Below, piece by piece: positions 29,071 to 37,206 of a stretch of DNA of 64,000 nucleotides. A program made the position numbers and the translations under genes. The stretch covers positions 37,854 through 101,853 of the forward strand of contig JACKGQ010000001.1 in the NCBI GenBank assembly GCA_020631905.1, written 5' to 3'. Position 1 is the stretch's first letter; every line of letters starts with the position of its first letter. The notes below the pieces were generated by a model. It saw only the letters and a list, made by a program, of their open reading frames with translations, searched no databases and was not told the origin of the DNA. This DNA is from Candidatus Nomurabacteria bacterium (lineage in GTDB: Bacteria > Patescibacteriota > Saccharimonadia > Saccharimonadales > VXPC01).

Positions 29071-29989
29071 ATGTTATATTCGGCTGCTTATCGTTAACGA
29101 GGATTGCCACAACCAAGCCAACTGCAAATAAATGACCATAAACTTCGTTTACACCCAAAACGGCAGCAGTTAAAATCATTGTTCCTAAAATTACTAAGAC
29201 AACTAGTCTTGAAGCAAAGTTAAGTATTAGAGCTAAGCCTAAAATTAACTCAATCGTGCCGGCAATCAATATAAAATTGCGGTCTGTGGCACCAGCTTGT
29301 GCCAGTAAATTCCAGTGGTGTTCGTCTAAAAAGCCTTGGGCCAGAGTTAAATTCGCTAGCTTTTCGCTAAATGCTAAAACTACCAGACCAATTCCAATCC
29401 CGACTCTATAGAAATTGAGCGAGGCATATCTAAGCTTTTTGTTGAGGCTATACTTACCGGGAATCTTTAAATATCTATCGAGCGAATATCTACCAGGCCC
29501 TCTAAACAATAGGTATCCGGCGATTGCAATGTATTCAAAATGCTCGAGCACATCTACTGGACTGGTCTTGAAAAATACTAGCAACCACCCAGTCGCTAGA
29601 AGATAAGCTGCAAGGTCTGTATATAGGCCAAGTATCAATATAATTGCTGATGTCAAGAATAGATAGCCTATCAAGCCAGCGATGTAACTGTGGTCCGCGG
29701 TAACATTTGGCGCCAAAAGATAGCCATTAATAAAATTTACTAGTAAAAAGCCTGCTGTACTCAGCCTTACAACAGTTGGCACGTAGTTTCTGATTGGCTT
29801 GAATCTGGCGTCTAGTTTTTTATCAAATTTGTTTGCGCTGAGCCATTTTCCGATTAACCTTAAAACTGCCAGTCCAATAAACAAGATTAGACCAGCAATT
29901 AGCCACTCGCCGAATTCTAGCCGAGGTTGATGTTCTACAAACATATCATTCTCGAACCACTTTACATGTGCAAAAATTTCTTGCATCAA
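29063..29989 (-). CDS. hypothetical polytopic membrane protein (308 aa)
   Basis: About 8 hydrophobic helices. No motif recognised. Confidence 0.5.
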   Translation of the reverse strand: MMQEIFAHVKWFENDMFVEHQPRLEFGEWLIAGLILFIGLAVLRLIGKWLSANKFDKKLDARFKPIRNYVPTVVRLSTAGFLLVNFINGYLLAPNVTADHSYIAGLIGYLFLTSAIILILGLYTDLAAYLLATGWLLVFFKTSPVDVLEHFEYIAIAGYLLFRGPGRYSLDRYLKIPGKYSLNKKLRYASLNFYRVGIGIGLVVLAFSEKLANLTLAQGFLDEHHWNLLAQAGATDRNFILIAGTIELILGLALILNFASRLVVLVILGTMILTAAVLGVNEVYGHLFAVGLVVAILVNDKQPNITSS

Positions 29990-29999
29990 ATCCTACTTT

Positions 30000-30491
30000 C
30001 TACTTTTTCTTCTTTTCTTCTTCTTTAGACGACTTCGGGCGTCCGTAGTAAAGAATTAGGGAAATCATGATTGCCGCAATCCAGAGCGCGTATTCCTGGT
30101 AGGTTGAAATGGTTTGGTTAATGTTAGACGCAAGTAAATTATTACGCGTTTCATAAGATACGGCTAGTTGGACGATTAACCAGCCAACTATTACGATCGC
30201 CGGAGTTAAGAGTACCCCCATAATCCATAAGTGAGTTTTCTTAGTTGATTTCCGAGTTAGCAACAAAGCTGTTACGGCCGGTCCAAAACCCAGGAATATT
30301 GAGGTAGCTGCATCAATATTGTTGCTACCTACAGGCACAAGCGAGCGAGCAAACAATATCGCCTCATTGTTGGTCACATAGACCAATACCCAGCCGAAAG
30401 CCAACATACCTAACACCGACAGCATGTTCGATCGAAAATATAATGCCATCAGAGCTAACCCTGCTAAAGCAAAAAAGATTATGCTTTCCAC
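30000..30491 (-). CDS. hypothetical membrane protein (163 aa) with Lys/Glu tail
   Basis: About 5 TM helices. Ends in SKEEEKKKK. Confidence 0.5.
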   Translation of the reverse strand: MESIIFFALAGLALMALYFRSNMLSVLGMLAFGWVLVYVTNNEAILFARSLVPVGSNNIDAATSIFLGFGPAVTALLLTRKSTKKTHLWIMGVLLTPAIVIVGWLIVQLAVSYETRNNLLASNINQTISTYQEYALWIAAIMISLILYYGRPKSSKEEEKKKK

Positions 30492-30550
30492 AGGCTAAGC
30501 ATACCCCGAAAACGACCGATTGTCATTCTTGCAGCGCTAGCTTTAGCATT

Positions 30551-31618
30551 CTAGAGGGAGCTTGATGTTTTGCTCGCCAAGACCTTTTTAACAAAATGGG
30601 CGTACCTTTCGGTCTGGTCTTCAAAACCATGGTCCTCACCATGTAGCATGAAATATGAAACTCGATTTGGAAATTCGCGTTTAAGTCGCTGGGCATTTTC
30701 AAGTGTAGAGCCTGCTGGAGCTACAGTATCATTAGTTAAAACACCAATAGTTATATCTAAGTTCGGGTGGCGGTTCATCGCTTCAGTTCTTTGATCTAAA
30801 GCTGAGCCCATAGACATGCCCTTAGCGTAATCCAAAATTACTCCAGGGTGTCTAAAATATCTACCTAAATCAGCTAACTCTAGAGCAATACCGCCCAGAA
30901 AACTTTCACCATAGCCATAGGCTCCAACATGCTCGCCGTTATACGGGTGTAGGTGATCCGAGGTGTATAAGGCTTGTTGGACTTTTTCTGCATTCAGTAG
31001 TTGTCTTCGGCTGCGCTTGAGTTCAGATGGGCTAGCCATCACGAATACTTTTTCAACCTTGATCTTCTGGTCGGCCGCTGCTATCGCTAGACCCATGGCC
31101 AGCTCACTACCAAAAGAAAATCCAACAATGTTAATTAGCTCAACTCCGCATTCTCTAAGCACCTTGGTTGGCCCCTCCATAATCCCAGAGAAGACACCGA
31201 TCCTAGCGCGAGCTCGAGCAGACTTATTAGGCACTACAGATCTGCCAGTGCCAGGTGTGTTGAAACTAATCATTGGCATCTCGCAGGCTTCGGCTATCTT
31301 ATAGCCTTGATAGGCAATCGATCCTTTCTGTAATGTCGCTTCAAAACCCAGTAGCTGCACGAGCACCGGCTTGGTTGGGTCGAATCTTTCCCAGTTAAAT
31401 CTACGGAATTCTACACCTTGGATTGTTTCTGTTTCGGGAATTTTTGATTCGACTCTCTGCCACAGCTCAGCTGGATCTTGCTGGCTGCTTGCAATCGCTT
31501 GCATCAGATATTCTTGAGGCGTTAAACCTTGGAGTAGGTTAAACCTAGCCACCGGGCTATTCAACCTTGGTGAACTTTCGAAACTGTCTGTTAACTTTTG
31601 TTTTGATATTGATGGCAT
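30551..31618 (-). CDS. alpha/beta-hydrolase fold protein
   Basis: Nucleophile elbow GFSFGS (GxSxG). Late HGEDHGF fits a catalytic His region. Confidence 0.6.
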   Translation of the reverse strand: MPSISKQKLTDSFESSPRLNSPVARFNLLQGLTPQEYLMQAIASSQQDPAELWQRVESKIPETETIQGVEFRRFNWERFDPTKPVLVQLLGFEATLQKGSIAYQGYKIAEACEMPMISFNTPGTGRSVVPNKSARARARIGVFSGIMEGPTKVLRECGVELINIVGFSFGSELAMGLAIAAADQKIKVEKVFVMASPSELKRSRRQLLNAEKVQQALYTSDHLHPYNGEHVGAYGYGESFLGGIALELADLGRYFRHPGVILDYAKGMSMGSALDQRTEAMNRHPNLDITIGVLTNDTVAPAGSTLENAQRLKREFPNRVSYFMLHGEDHGFEDQTERYAHFVKKVLASKTSSSL

Positions 31619-31649
31619 AATACTATTATAGCATTTTTCACTATATTTT

Positions 31650-32159
31650 TCAATATTGAGTGTCTGATGACATATCTATGTTTAACCTATTGCCCAGGTA
31701 ATAGCCCCTGGCCTGTGCCTGACCAGCATTAATTTCTAATACATACTTCGCGGGCTTATCAGAAGTGTAGGTAACTTCGGGCATGGATCCTGCAGGTGGA
31801 GCGTTGTAAACTATGTCGACAATTCTAAAATCTGAGTCCATCCAAATGATATCGAGCGGAAAGTTCATATCTTTCATCCAGAAGCTATAATAATTTTCAG
31901 ATTCAAAAACAAACAGCATACCGCTCTCTTCATCCAATGTAGGACGACCAGACAAGCCTCGGCTCCGCTCCACGCTAGTTATCGCATATTCGAGATGTAT
32001 GCCCAAGCTAGTTGGCTGAGCTTGGTTGGTCGATATACTTTGTTGGTAAAGCAAAAGGCTTGAAGCCACACCAATCGCTGCCAGAACAACTATTAATAGG
32101 ATTACGCGGTTACTTCGTCTAAGCGCCGACTTTATCTTTACGATTTCTCTGCTTAGCAT
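31650..32159 (-). CDS. DUF192 (COG1430) family protein with N-terminal TM/signal anchor
   Basis: RSRGLSGR...GMLFVF...SFWMKDMNFPLDIIWMD pattern of DUF192. Overlaps the rimK 3' end by 41 nt. Confidence 0.7.
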   Translation of the reverse strand: MLSREIVKIKSALRRSNRVILLIVVLAAIGVASSLLLYQQSISTNQAQPTSLGIHLEYAITSVERSRGLSGRPTLDEESGMLFVFESENYYSFWMKDMNFPLDIIWMDSDFRIVDIVYNAPPAGSMPEVTYTSDKPAKYVLEINAGQAQARGYYLGNRLNIDMSSDTQY

Positions 32160-33018
32160 TGGCTTCTACATATTCGATAATTTTCGTGGCAATATCTACG
32201 CCAGTAATTGATTCTATGCCCTCTAATCCAGGTGCTGAATTGACTTCAAGTACCATCGGACCACTATTTGAGCGAATGATATCAACGCCACATATCGATA
32301 AGCCCATGCTTTTTGCCGCTCTGATAGCAAGATTCTTTTCTTCGGGAGTCATGAATGTTTTTTTACCTTGTCCACCCTGATGGATATTCGATCTAAAATC
32401 ATCATCTAGACTACGACGCTCATAGCAGGCGACCACTTGACCACCGATCACAAATGCGCGTATATCAGCACCGGCGGCTTCTTCGATATATTCCTGAAGT
32501 AAAAAGCTGGTGTCATTGACATAGAACGCCTGGATTACAGATTTCGCAGCTTTTCTTGTCTCGACCAGTACTACTCCATTACCCTGTGTACCACTTGCAA
32601 GCTTTAGAATCATGGGTAAGCCAATGTGGTCGATTAAGTCGTCGACTTCGGATGTTTGTCTAGAAAAGATTGTTTTCGGTATATTTACGCCGTATTTGCT
32701 CATAATTTGTAGTGAGCGCAATTTATCTCTTGAGCGACTAATTGCAATCGAGCGGGCAGTAGTGTAGACGCCCATCATCTCAAATTGCCTTACAATCGAA
32801 GAACCATATGGGGTTAGGCCTGGTAGGATTCTGGGTATTACAGCATCAACCCCTTTAAGGCTGCTCCCTCGGTAACGTACATCTGGTCGGTTTTTCTCTA
32901 TCTCTACATAACACTCTGGGAACTTTACGGTTTTGAATTCATGCCCACGTGCTTTTGCCGCCTCACGCAATCGCTTGACTGTGTAGCCGGGCTGTCTGGT
33001 TAATACAACTATCTTCAT
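32119..33018 (-). CDS. rimK: RimK-type ATP-grasp alpha-L-glutamate ligase
   Basis: Near full-length RimK pattern: SRDKLRSLQ, ILKLASGTQGNGV, LLQEYIEEAAGADIRAFVIGG, FRSNIHQGG, CGVDII...VLEVNSAPGLEGIE. Confidence 0.9.
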   Translation of the reverse strand: MKIVVLTRQPGYTVKRLREAAKARGHEFKTVKFPECYVEIEKNRPDVRYRGSSLKGVDAVIPRILPGLTPYGSSIVRQFEMMGVYTTARSIAISRSRDKLRSLQIMSKYGVNIPKTIFSRQTSEVDDLIDHIGLPMILKLASGTQGNGVVLVETRKAAKSVIQAFYVNDTSFLLQEYIEEAAGADIRAFVIGGQVVACYERRSLDDDFRSNIHQGGQGKKTFMTPEEKNLAIRAAKSMGLSICGVDIIRSNSGPMVLEVNSAPGLEGIESITGVDIATKIIEYVEANAKQRNRKDKVGA

Positions 33019-33920
33019 ATGCTTCCTTTCTCTATGGAATCTTTAACTGATTGTCTAAGTCGATTCAACTTCTCTTCGATATATGCTCCAGAAGTTAATT
33101 GTGGTACCGGGTTAACCTCTAAACATATGTAGGCTTTATACTTCTCTGCATAGACCAAGTCAACACCCCCCATCTCTCGTTCTAGAATCCTGGCAGCAGA
33201 TTCAGCCATATCTAGTGTGTCTTGGTCAATTTCATTAATTGAGATTACTTCTGCCAAACCACCTTGCGAAGTATTGTTTAGGTGACCTTGATTATTCGAA
33301 CTTCTACGGATTATCATAATCGGCTTGAAGTCTGCGCATATTAAACGTAGATCGTGATTATTCGGCACATACTCTTGCAAGAGCATCATACGATTACTGG
33401 TCGTTTTGGCCAAAGAGTCCGTAGGGTTAATAAGAAAATTATCATTCCCCCGACTCGTGGCCGCCGCTTTATAAACATAATCGCTGGCCCCATCGGCGTT
33501 CATCTGGGTAGCTAACCACTCTTTATCAACCGAGAACCATGTTTTTGGTATTTTAACTCCATTGATCGCCAGTTTCATCATTGCTGATAATTTAGTTGTA
33601 GACCGCTGGTGCAATACCTCGCTATTCCAACAACTTACGCCTTTGCTATTGGCATACAATGCGGCAGCATACGCTAGGTCCTTGTAATATACACCGCCGG
33701 CATTTGCATACCAGCCAAAGAAAAGAATCAAATTATAATCTTTAAGATCGACCCCATTTTTTGTTTGGACTAATGTATGTTCGTTACTAATCATAAACCT
33801 GAGGTCAGTATAATCTGCTGTATCTACCTCCATGTGCTCACTGAATGCCTCCCCGATCAACTCGGGGTCGTTTTTCGTTTTTAGGTTTGACCTACCAAGG
33901 ATTAATAATTTCTGCTTCAT
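33015..33920 (-). CDS. divergent ATP-grasp ligase (paralog B)
   Basis: LLQEYVPNNHDLRLI, GHLNNTSQGGLA, GGVDLV...CLEVNPVPQLTSG. ATGA overlaps on both sides (start at 33920 chosen). Confidence 0.8.
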   Translation of the reverse strand: MKQKLLILGRSNLKTKNDPELIGEAFSEHMEVDTADYTDLRFMISNEHTLVQTKNGVDLKDYNLILFFGWYANAGGVYYKDLAYAAALYANSKGVSCWNSEVLHQRSTTKLSAMMKLAINGVKIPKTWFSVDKEWLATQMNADGASDYVYKAAATSRGNDNFLINPTDSLAKTTSNRMMLLQEYVPNNHDLRLICADFKPIMIIRRSSNNQGHLNNTSQGGLAEVISINEIDQDTLDMAESAARILEREMGGVDLVYAEKYKAYICLEVNPVPQLTSGAYIEEKLNRLRQSVKDSIEKGSI

Positions 33921-34999
33921 GCTGTTCCCACTATTAACGATTCGAATTCTTCTACGTTCATCATATGACTTTCTAAGCTTTCCCACAATCTTAAGTTTGC
34001 GCCAAAATAGACCGCATCTTTAGTAAGTACAAACCCAGGGATATCTGAATGACCACCATTAAAAGCTCGAGCTGTTTCACAAAATGCTACTCGACTTGCC
34101 CCACCCTTGTCATGAAAACCTATAATCAATGTGGCCAATCTTACCAGTTCATAAACTTGCTTGAAATCACGTTTATTACCATCCACTCCCCAACCTAGTG
34201 CAACCGCAAGATACCTTAGGCTTCTTTTGTACATAAACCTCGTAAAGCTAAGTTGTTCGGCAAGCACTCCAATCCCCTCCTCGTCTAGGCTATATGGTAT
34301 GCCGTTCTGTCTGCGACCAACATGCACCAGCAGCTCATGGGCAAGCAGCCTAACCGCTCTAGATCTGTTAGTTATAAATTTACCATCAGGCACAAAAACT
34401 GTTTTCTGACTACCAACGATATAAAGCGCATTTCCCCTTTTTGCTTTTTTTATCTGCCAACCAAGATTTATTAGCCCAAGGCCCTCCATGACATTTCTTA
34501 CTGCCTCACCATAACTCATGCCCACCTCTACATTTGACCGTATGGTTCGGAGCTGGTTTTTAAAAATTCGATTAAACATCTTGCGATAGTAATCAAAGCA
34601 CTCGTCTGATGGCTTGTAGTGAGTGTTGAGTTTCAGGTCGATATCTACCAATTCACAGAATTTATCAAACAAGTTTTGCGTTTTAGTAGTAGCTGAACGT
34701 TGAGCAAGATAAGCAACAATTTCCTCTAGCCCTGCCATGTCAGGCGCGCCGTACTTCTCGGCCATTAATTTTCTGTACTTATCGACATCTCTAGAGATAC
34801 TGGCTTCGATTAAGTCAGCACTCAATTTATCGAATCTTGCTAGGTTCAACTTACTGCTATTTGTTAGTCTTAATCGCATATCAGGAAAACGAGTCTTATC
34901 TTGTAAGAATTTCTGACATTCCGCATCGAGGGTTTTGAGGCGACTAGCATTATAAAAACTTCTAAGCGACTTCATCTTACTTATCCAGTAGTTCACCAA
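33917..34999 (-). CDS. putative zinc metallopeptidase, DUF1704/MATCAP-like (HExxxH)
   Basis: LLAHELLVHVGRRQNG (HELLVH), then EEGIGVLAEQL (QEGLA-like motif). Embedded between ATP-grasp genes. Confidence 0.5.
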   Translation of the reverse strand: MVNYWISKMKSLRSFYNASRLKTLDAECQKFLQDKTRFPDMRLRLTNSSKLNLARFDKLSADLIEASISRDVDKYRKLMAEKYGAPDMAGLEEIVAYLAQRSATTKTQNLFDKFCELVDIDLKLNTHYKPSDECFDYYRKMFNRIFKNQLRTIRSNVEVGMSYGEAVRNVMEGLGLINLGWQIKKAKRGNALYIVGSQKTVFVPDGKFITNRSRAVRLLAHELLVHVGRRQNGIPYSLDEEGIGVLAEQLSFTRFMYKRSLRYLAVALGWGVDGNKRDFKQVYELVRLATLIIGFHDKGGASRVAFCETARAFNGGHSDIPGFVLTKDAVYFGANLRLWESLESHMMNVEEFESLIVGTA

Positions 35000-35894
35000 T
35001 ATATTTGTTAAAGGCTTGCATCTTTGTGTCTACAAACGATCCCGACAGTAGCTGAGGCGATGAGTTAACTTCAAGCACATAATATTCTCTGGTTGACTTG
35101 TTCATCAATATGTCGACGCCAGCAACTTCTATATTTGACTGAACCGCTGATTTTTCGGCCATTTGTATAACTTCACTTGGCAGCTTGTCTAGCTCGATTA
35201 AAGTAGCTTCTCCGCCAGCTGAAACATTATTAAGATGGCTACCACTTACAGCTCGACGATGAATGACTAATACTGCTCGGCCACCCAATACCAACACTCG
35301 ATAATCACCATCGTTTTCTATAAATGGCTGCACGACATAAGTAATCGTTGGATCTAGCTCCAAGACTCTTTTGAGTTGATCGATATCTGTTATCAGGTGA
35401 TTGTTTTTGCCCTTGCGACCAACAATATCTTTCAGGATAAAAGGATATGAGTATGGCAATTTATCTGCATTAGCAAGTTCGAGCAACAGTCTGTTCGAAG
35501 TATGAAAACTGGGTATAACTGGTATGTTGGCTTCTGCCCGCAGGCCATCACCAGACAGCTTCGAGTAAAAGCCCGACCGATACATTGAGTCGATATATGG
35601 CTTATCGGCTGCTTTCAGCGCCTGTACACACAGACTTACCTGGGTTCTGTTGTTGCGTGTTGTTCTAAAAAATACCAAATCATAATCACATATATTGTTG
35701 CCAGAGATATTATCAATCACTAGAGGTGATTTGCCTGTATTAACCTCAAATAACAGGTCTTCGAGGGTAGAAATATCAACCCGAAGGTTATCGATACCAG
35801 TTTCCATGGCGTCCTTGAATGGACCCAACGCGAGCGATTTTTTTGACGCAGGTCGAGCGTGCAGCAGGACTAGTACTTTTCGACTTGATTTCAT
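34977..35894 (-). CDS. divergent ATP-grasp ligase (paralog A)
   Basis: ILKDIVGRKGKNNHLI, VVQPFIENDGDYRVLVLGG, SHLNNVSAGGEA, AGVDIL...VLEVNSSPQLLSG. Confidence 0.8.
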   Translation of the reverse strand: MKSSRKVLVLLHARPASKKSLALGPFKDAMETGIDNLRVDISTLEDLLFEVNTGKSPLVIDNISGNNICDYDLVFFRTTRNNRTQVSLCVQALKAADKPYIDSMYRSGFYSKLSGDGLRAEANIPVIPSFHTSNRLLLELANADKLPYSYPFILKDIVGRKGKNNHLITDIDQLKRVLELDPTITYVVQPFIENDGDYRVLVLGGRAVLVIHRRAVSGSHLNNVSAGGEATLIELDKLPSEVIQMAEKSAVQSNIEVAGVDILMNKSTREYYVLEVNSSPQLLSGSFVDTKMQAFNKYIGELLDK

Positions 35895-35900
35895 GCTTAG

Positions 35901-35929
35901 ATTATGTCATACTTATGCAAATATGTCCA
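35901..35929 (-). promoter_or_regulatory. candidate promoter of the ATP-grasp operon (TGGACA-17-CATAAT, 6 nt from ATG)
   Basis: On the minus strand: TGGACA (35929..35924), 17-nt spacer, CATAAT (35906..35901), ATG at 35894. The -35 box overlaps the ATG of the divergent gene. Confidence 0.35.
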
Positions 35930-37206
35930 GTGTATTGATTGTTTCGAGGCCTAAAGTTCAGGATGGTTCTAGGCTAAACCTAAACTATAAAATCGGTGAT
36001 TACGAGCATACAATTCGGTTTGATTTTTTCCGCAACATTCCAGATACACAAGCTGTAACGAGTCTCTTGAATTGGCTTGCGCTGACCTATGCTACGTATA
36101 TCTTTGATATCGAATTTCCAGATGTCGTCGACGTCGAGTTTGCGCTAAGTGACGCAGAGAGGATATTCTTCGAAAAACTTTACGACCTTGGCATGCGCGA
36201 GTTCAAATACCTAAACAAGATCGAGGTCTCCAAAACTCCCACGATTAGTAGTCCTAGTAAAACACAGAAAACGTTTGGCAGCACAAAGACTCCTACAGCC
36301 CAAAAGGTCTTGTTAATGAATGGTGGCGGTAAAGACGGCGTAGCCGGGAGTGTAATTCTAGACTTAGCTGGTGTTGATTTTTCTTGGTTCTCGGTTAACC
36401 CCGGAGTAAGTCAGCTAAACATAGTAAACAAATCGACACAGGGATCGGTCAATGTTAAACGGGCTATTGGTAGACAAACTATATGGGAGCGAGCTCAATA
36501 CAAGGGCCACAAGCCTACGAGCTCAGGACTGGCGATTATTGGGCTACTAACTGCACTGATTTATGACTACACCGATATTGTAACTTCCAACGAGCAGGCT
36601 GCCAATGAAGCCACAATCATTCATAACGGATTTGCTGTCAACCACCAATACACAAAATCTGCGGAATTCGAGCAAGATCTGCAAGCGCTCTGCCACGAAC
36701 ACGGTATCAATATAAGATATTGGAGTATCCTAAGGCCACTAAAAGAAAACGAAATACTAAAGATAATTGAAAGACACCAACCAGCTTCCATTAGCCAGAT
36801 CACTAGTTGTAATCATGGTTTTTTAACAGGCACTTGGTGCTTAAACTGCACAAAATGTGCCTTTGTCGCGCTTTCTTTTGCAACTTACGCCCCGATAGCA
36901 TATGGCAAAATCTGGCCTATCAATCGCCCGTTAGACAATCTTGGTATTGTGCCCAGCTTAAAAGATCTGCTAGAAGCAGATAAACCTTTTGAATGTATTG
37001 GGACTTCCGACGAACTGACTGCGCTGTGCCAAGATTTTCTTAGTATATCAGCAGACGACACACCTGCAGAGGTTATGAATATTATAAATCAGAGGGCCTC
37101 TAGGCCACGCGTCGATCTCGAGCCTTATGACCCAAAACACTACACGCCAGACATACCAAAAAATATCATTGAGTCTGTAACAAAATTGGTCAAAAAACTA
37201 AATTAA
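35923..37206 (+). CDS. hypothetical 427-aa protein, possible PP-loop (adenine nucleotide alpha-hydrolase) fold with C-terminal Cys cluster
   Basis: The track N-terminus (35695) is antisense to the neighbouring gene, so the start was moved to MSSVLIV (35923; 35893 also possible). VLLMNGGGKDGVAGS resembles SGGxDS. SCNHGFLTGTWCLNCTKCAF is a Cys cluster. Confidence 0.4.
   Translation: MSSVLIVSRPKVQDGSRLNLNYKIGDYEHTIRFDFFRNIPDTQAVTSLLNWLALTYATYIFDIEFPDVVDVEFALSDAERIFFEKLYDLGMREFKYLNKIEVSKTPTISSPSKTQKTFGSTKTPTAQKVLLMNGGGKDGVAGSVILDLAGVDFSWFSVNPGVSQLNIVNKSTQGSVNVKRAIGRQTIWERAQYKGHKPTSSGLAIIGLLTALIYDYTDIVTSNEQAANEATIIHNGFAVNHQYTKSAEFEQDLQALCHEHGINIRYWSILRPLKENEILKIIERHQPASISQITSCNHGFLTGTWCLNCTKCAFVALSFATYAPIAYGKIWPINRPLDNLGIVPSLKDLLEADKPFECIGTSDELTALCQDFLSISADDTPAEVMNIINQRASRPRVDLEPYDPKHYTPDIPKNIIESVTKLVKKLN

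Noticed and set aside
35695-35922. Upstream 76-aa extension of the 503-aa plus-strand ORF
   Set aside because: It is entirely antisense to the N-terminus of ATP-grasp A and lacks any motif. The gene more plausibly starts at 35923 (or 35893).
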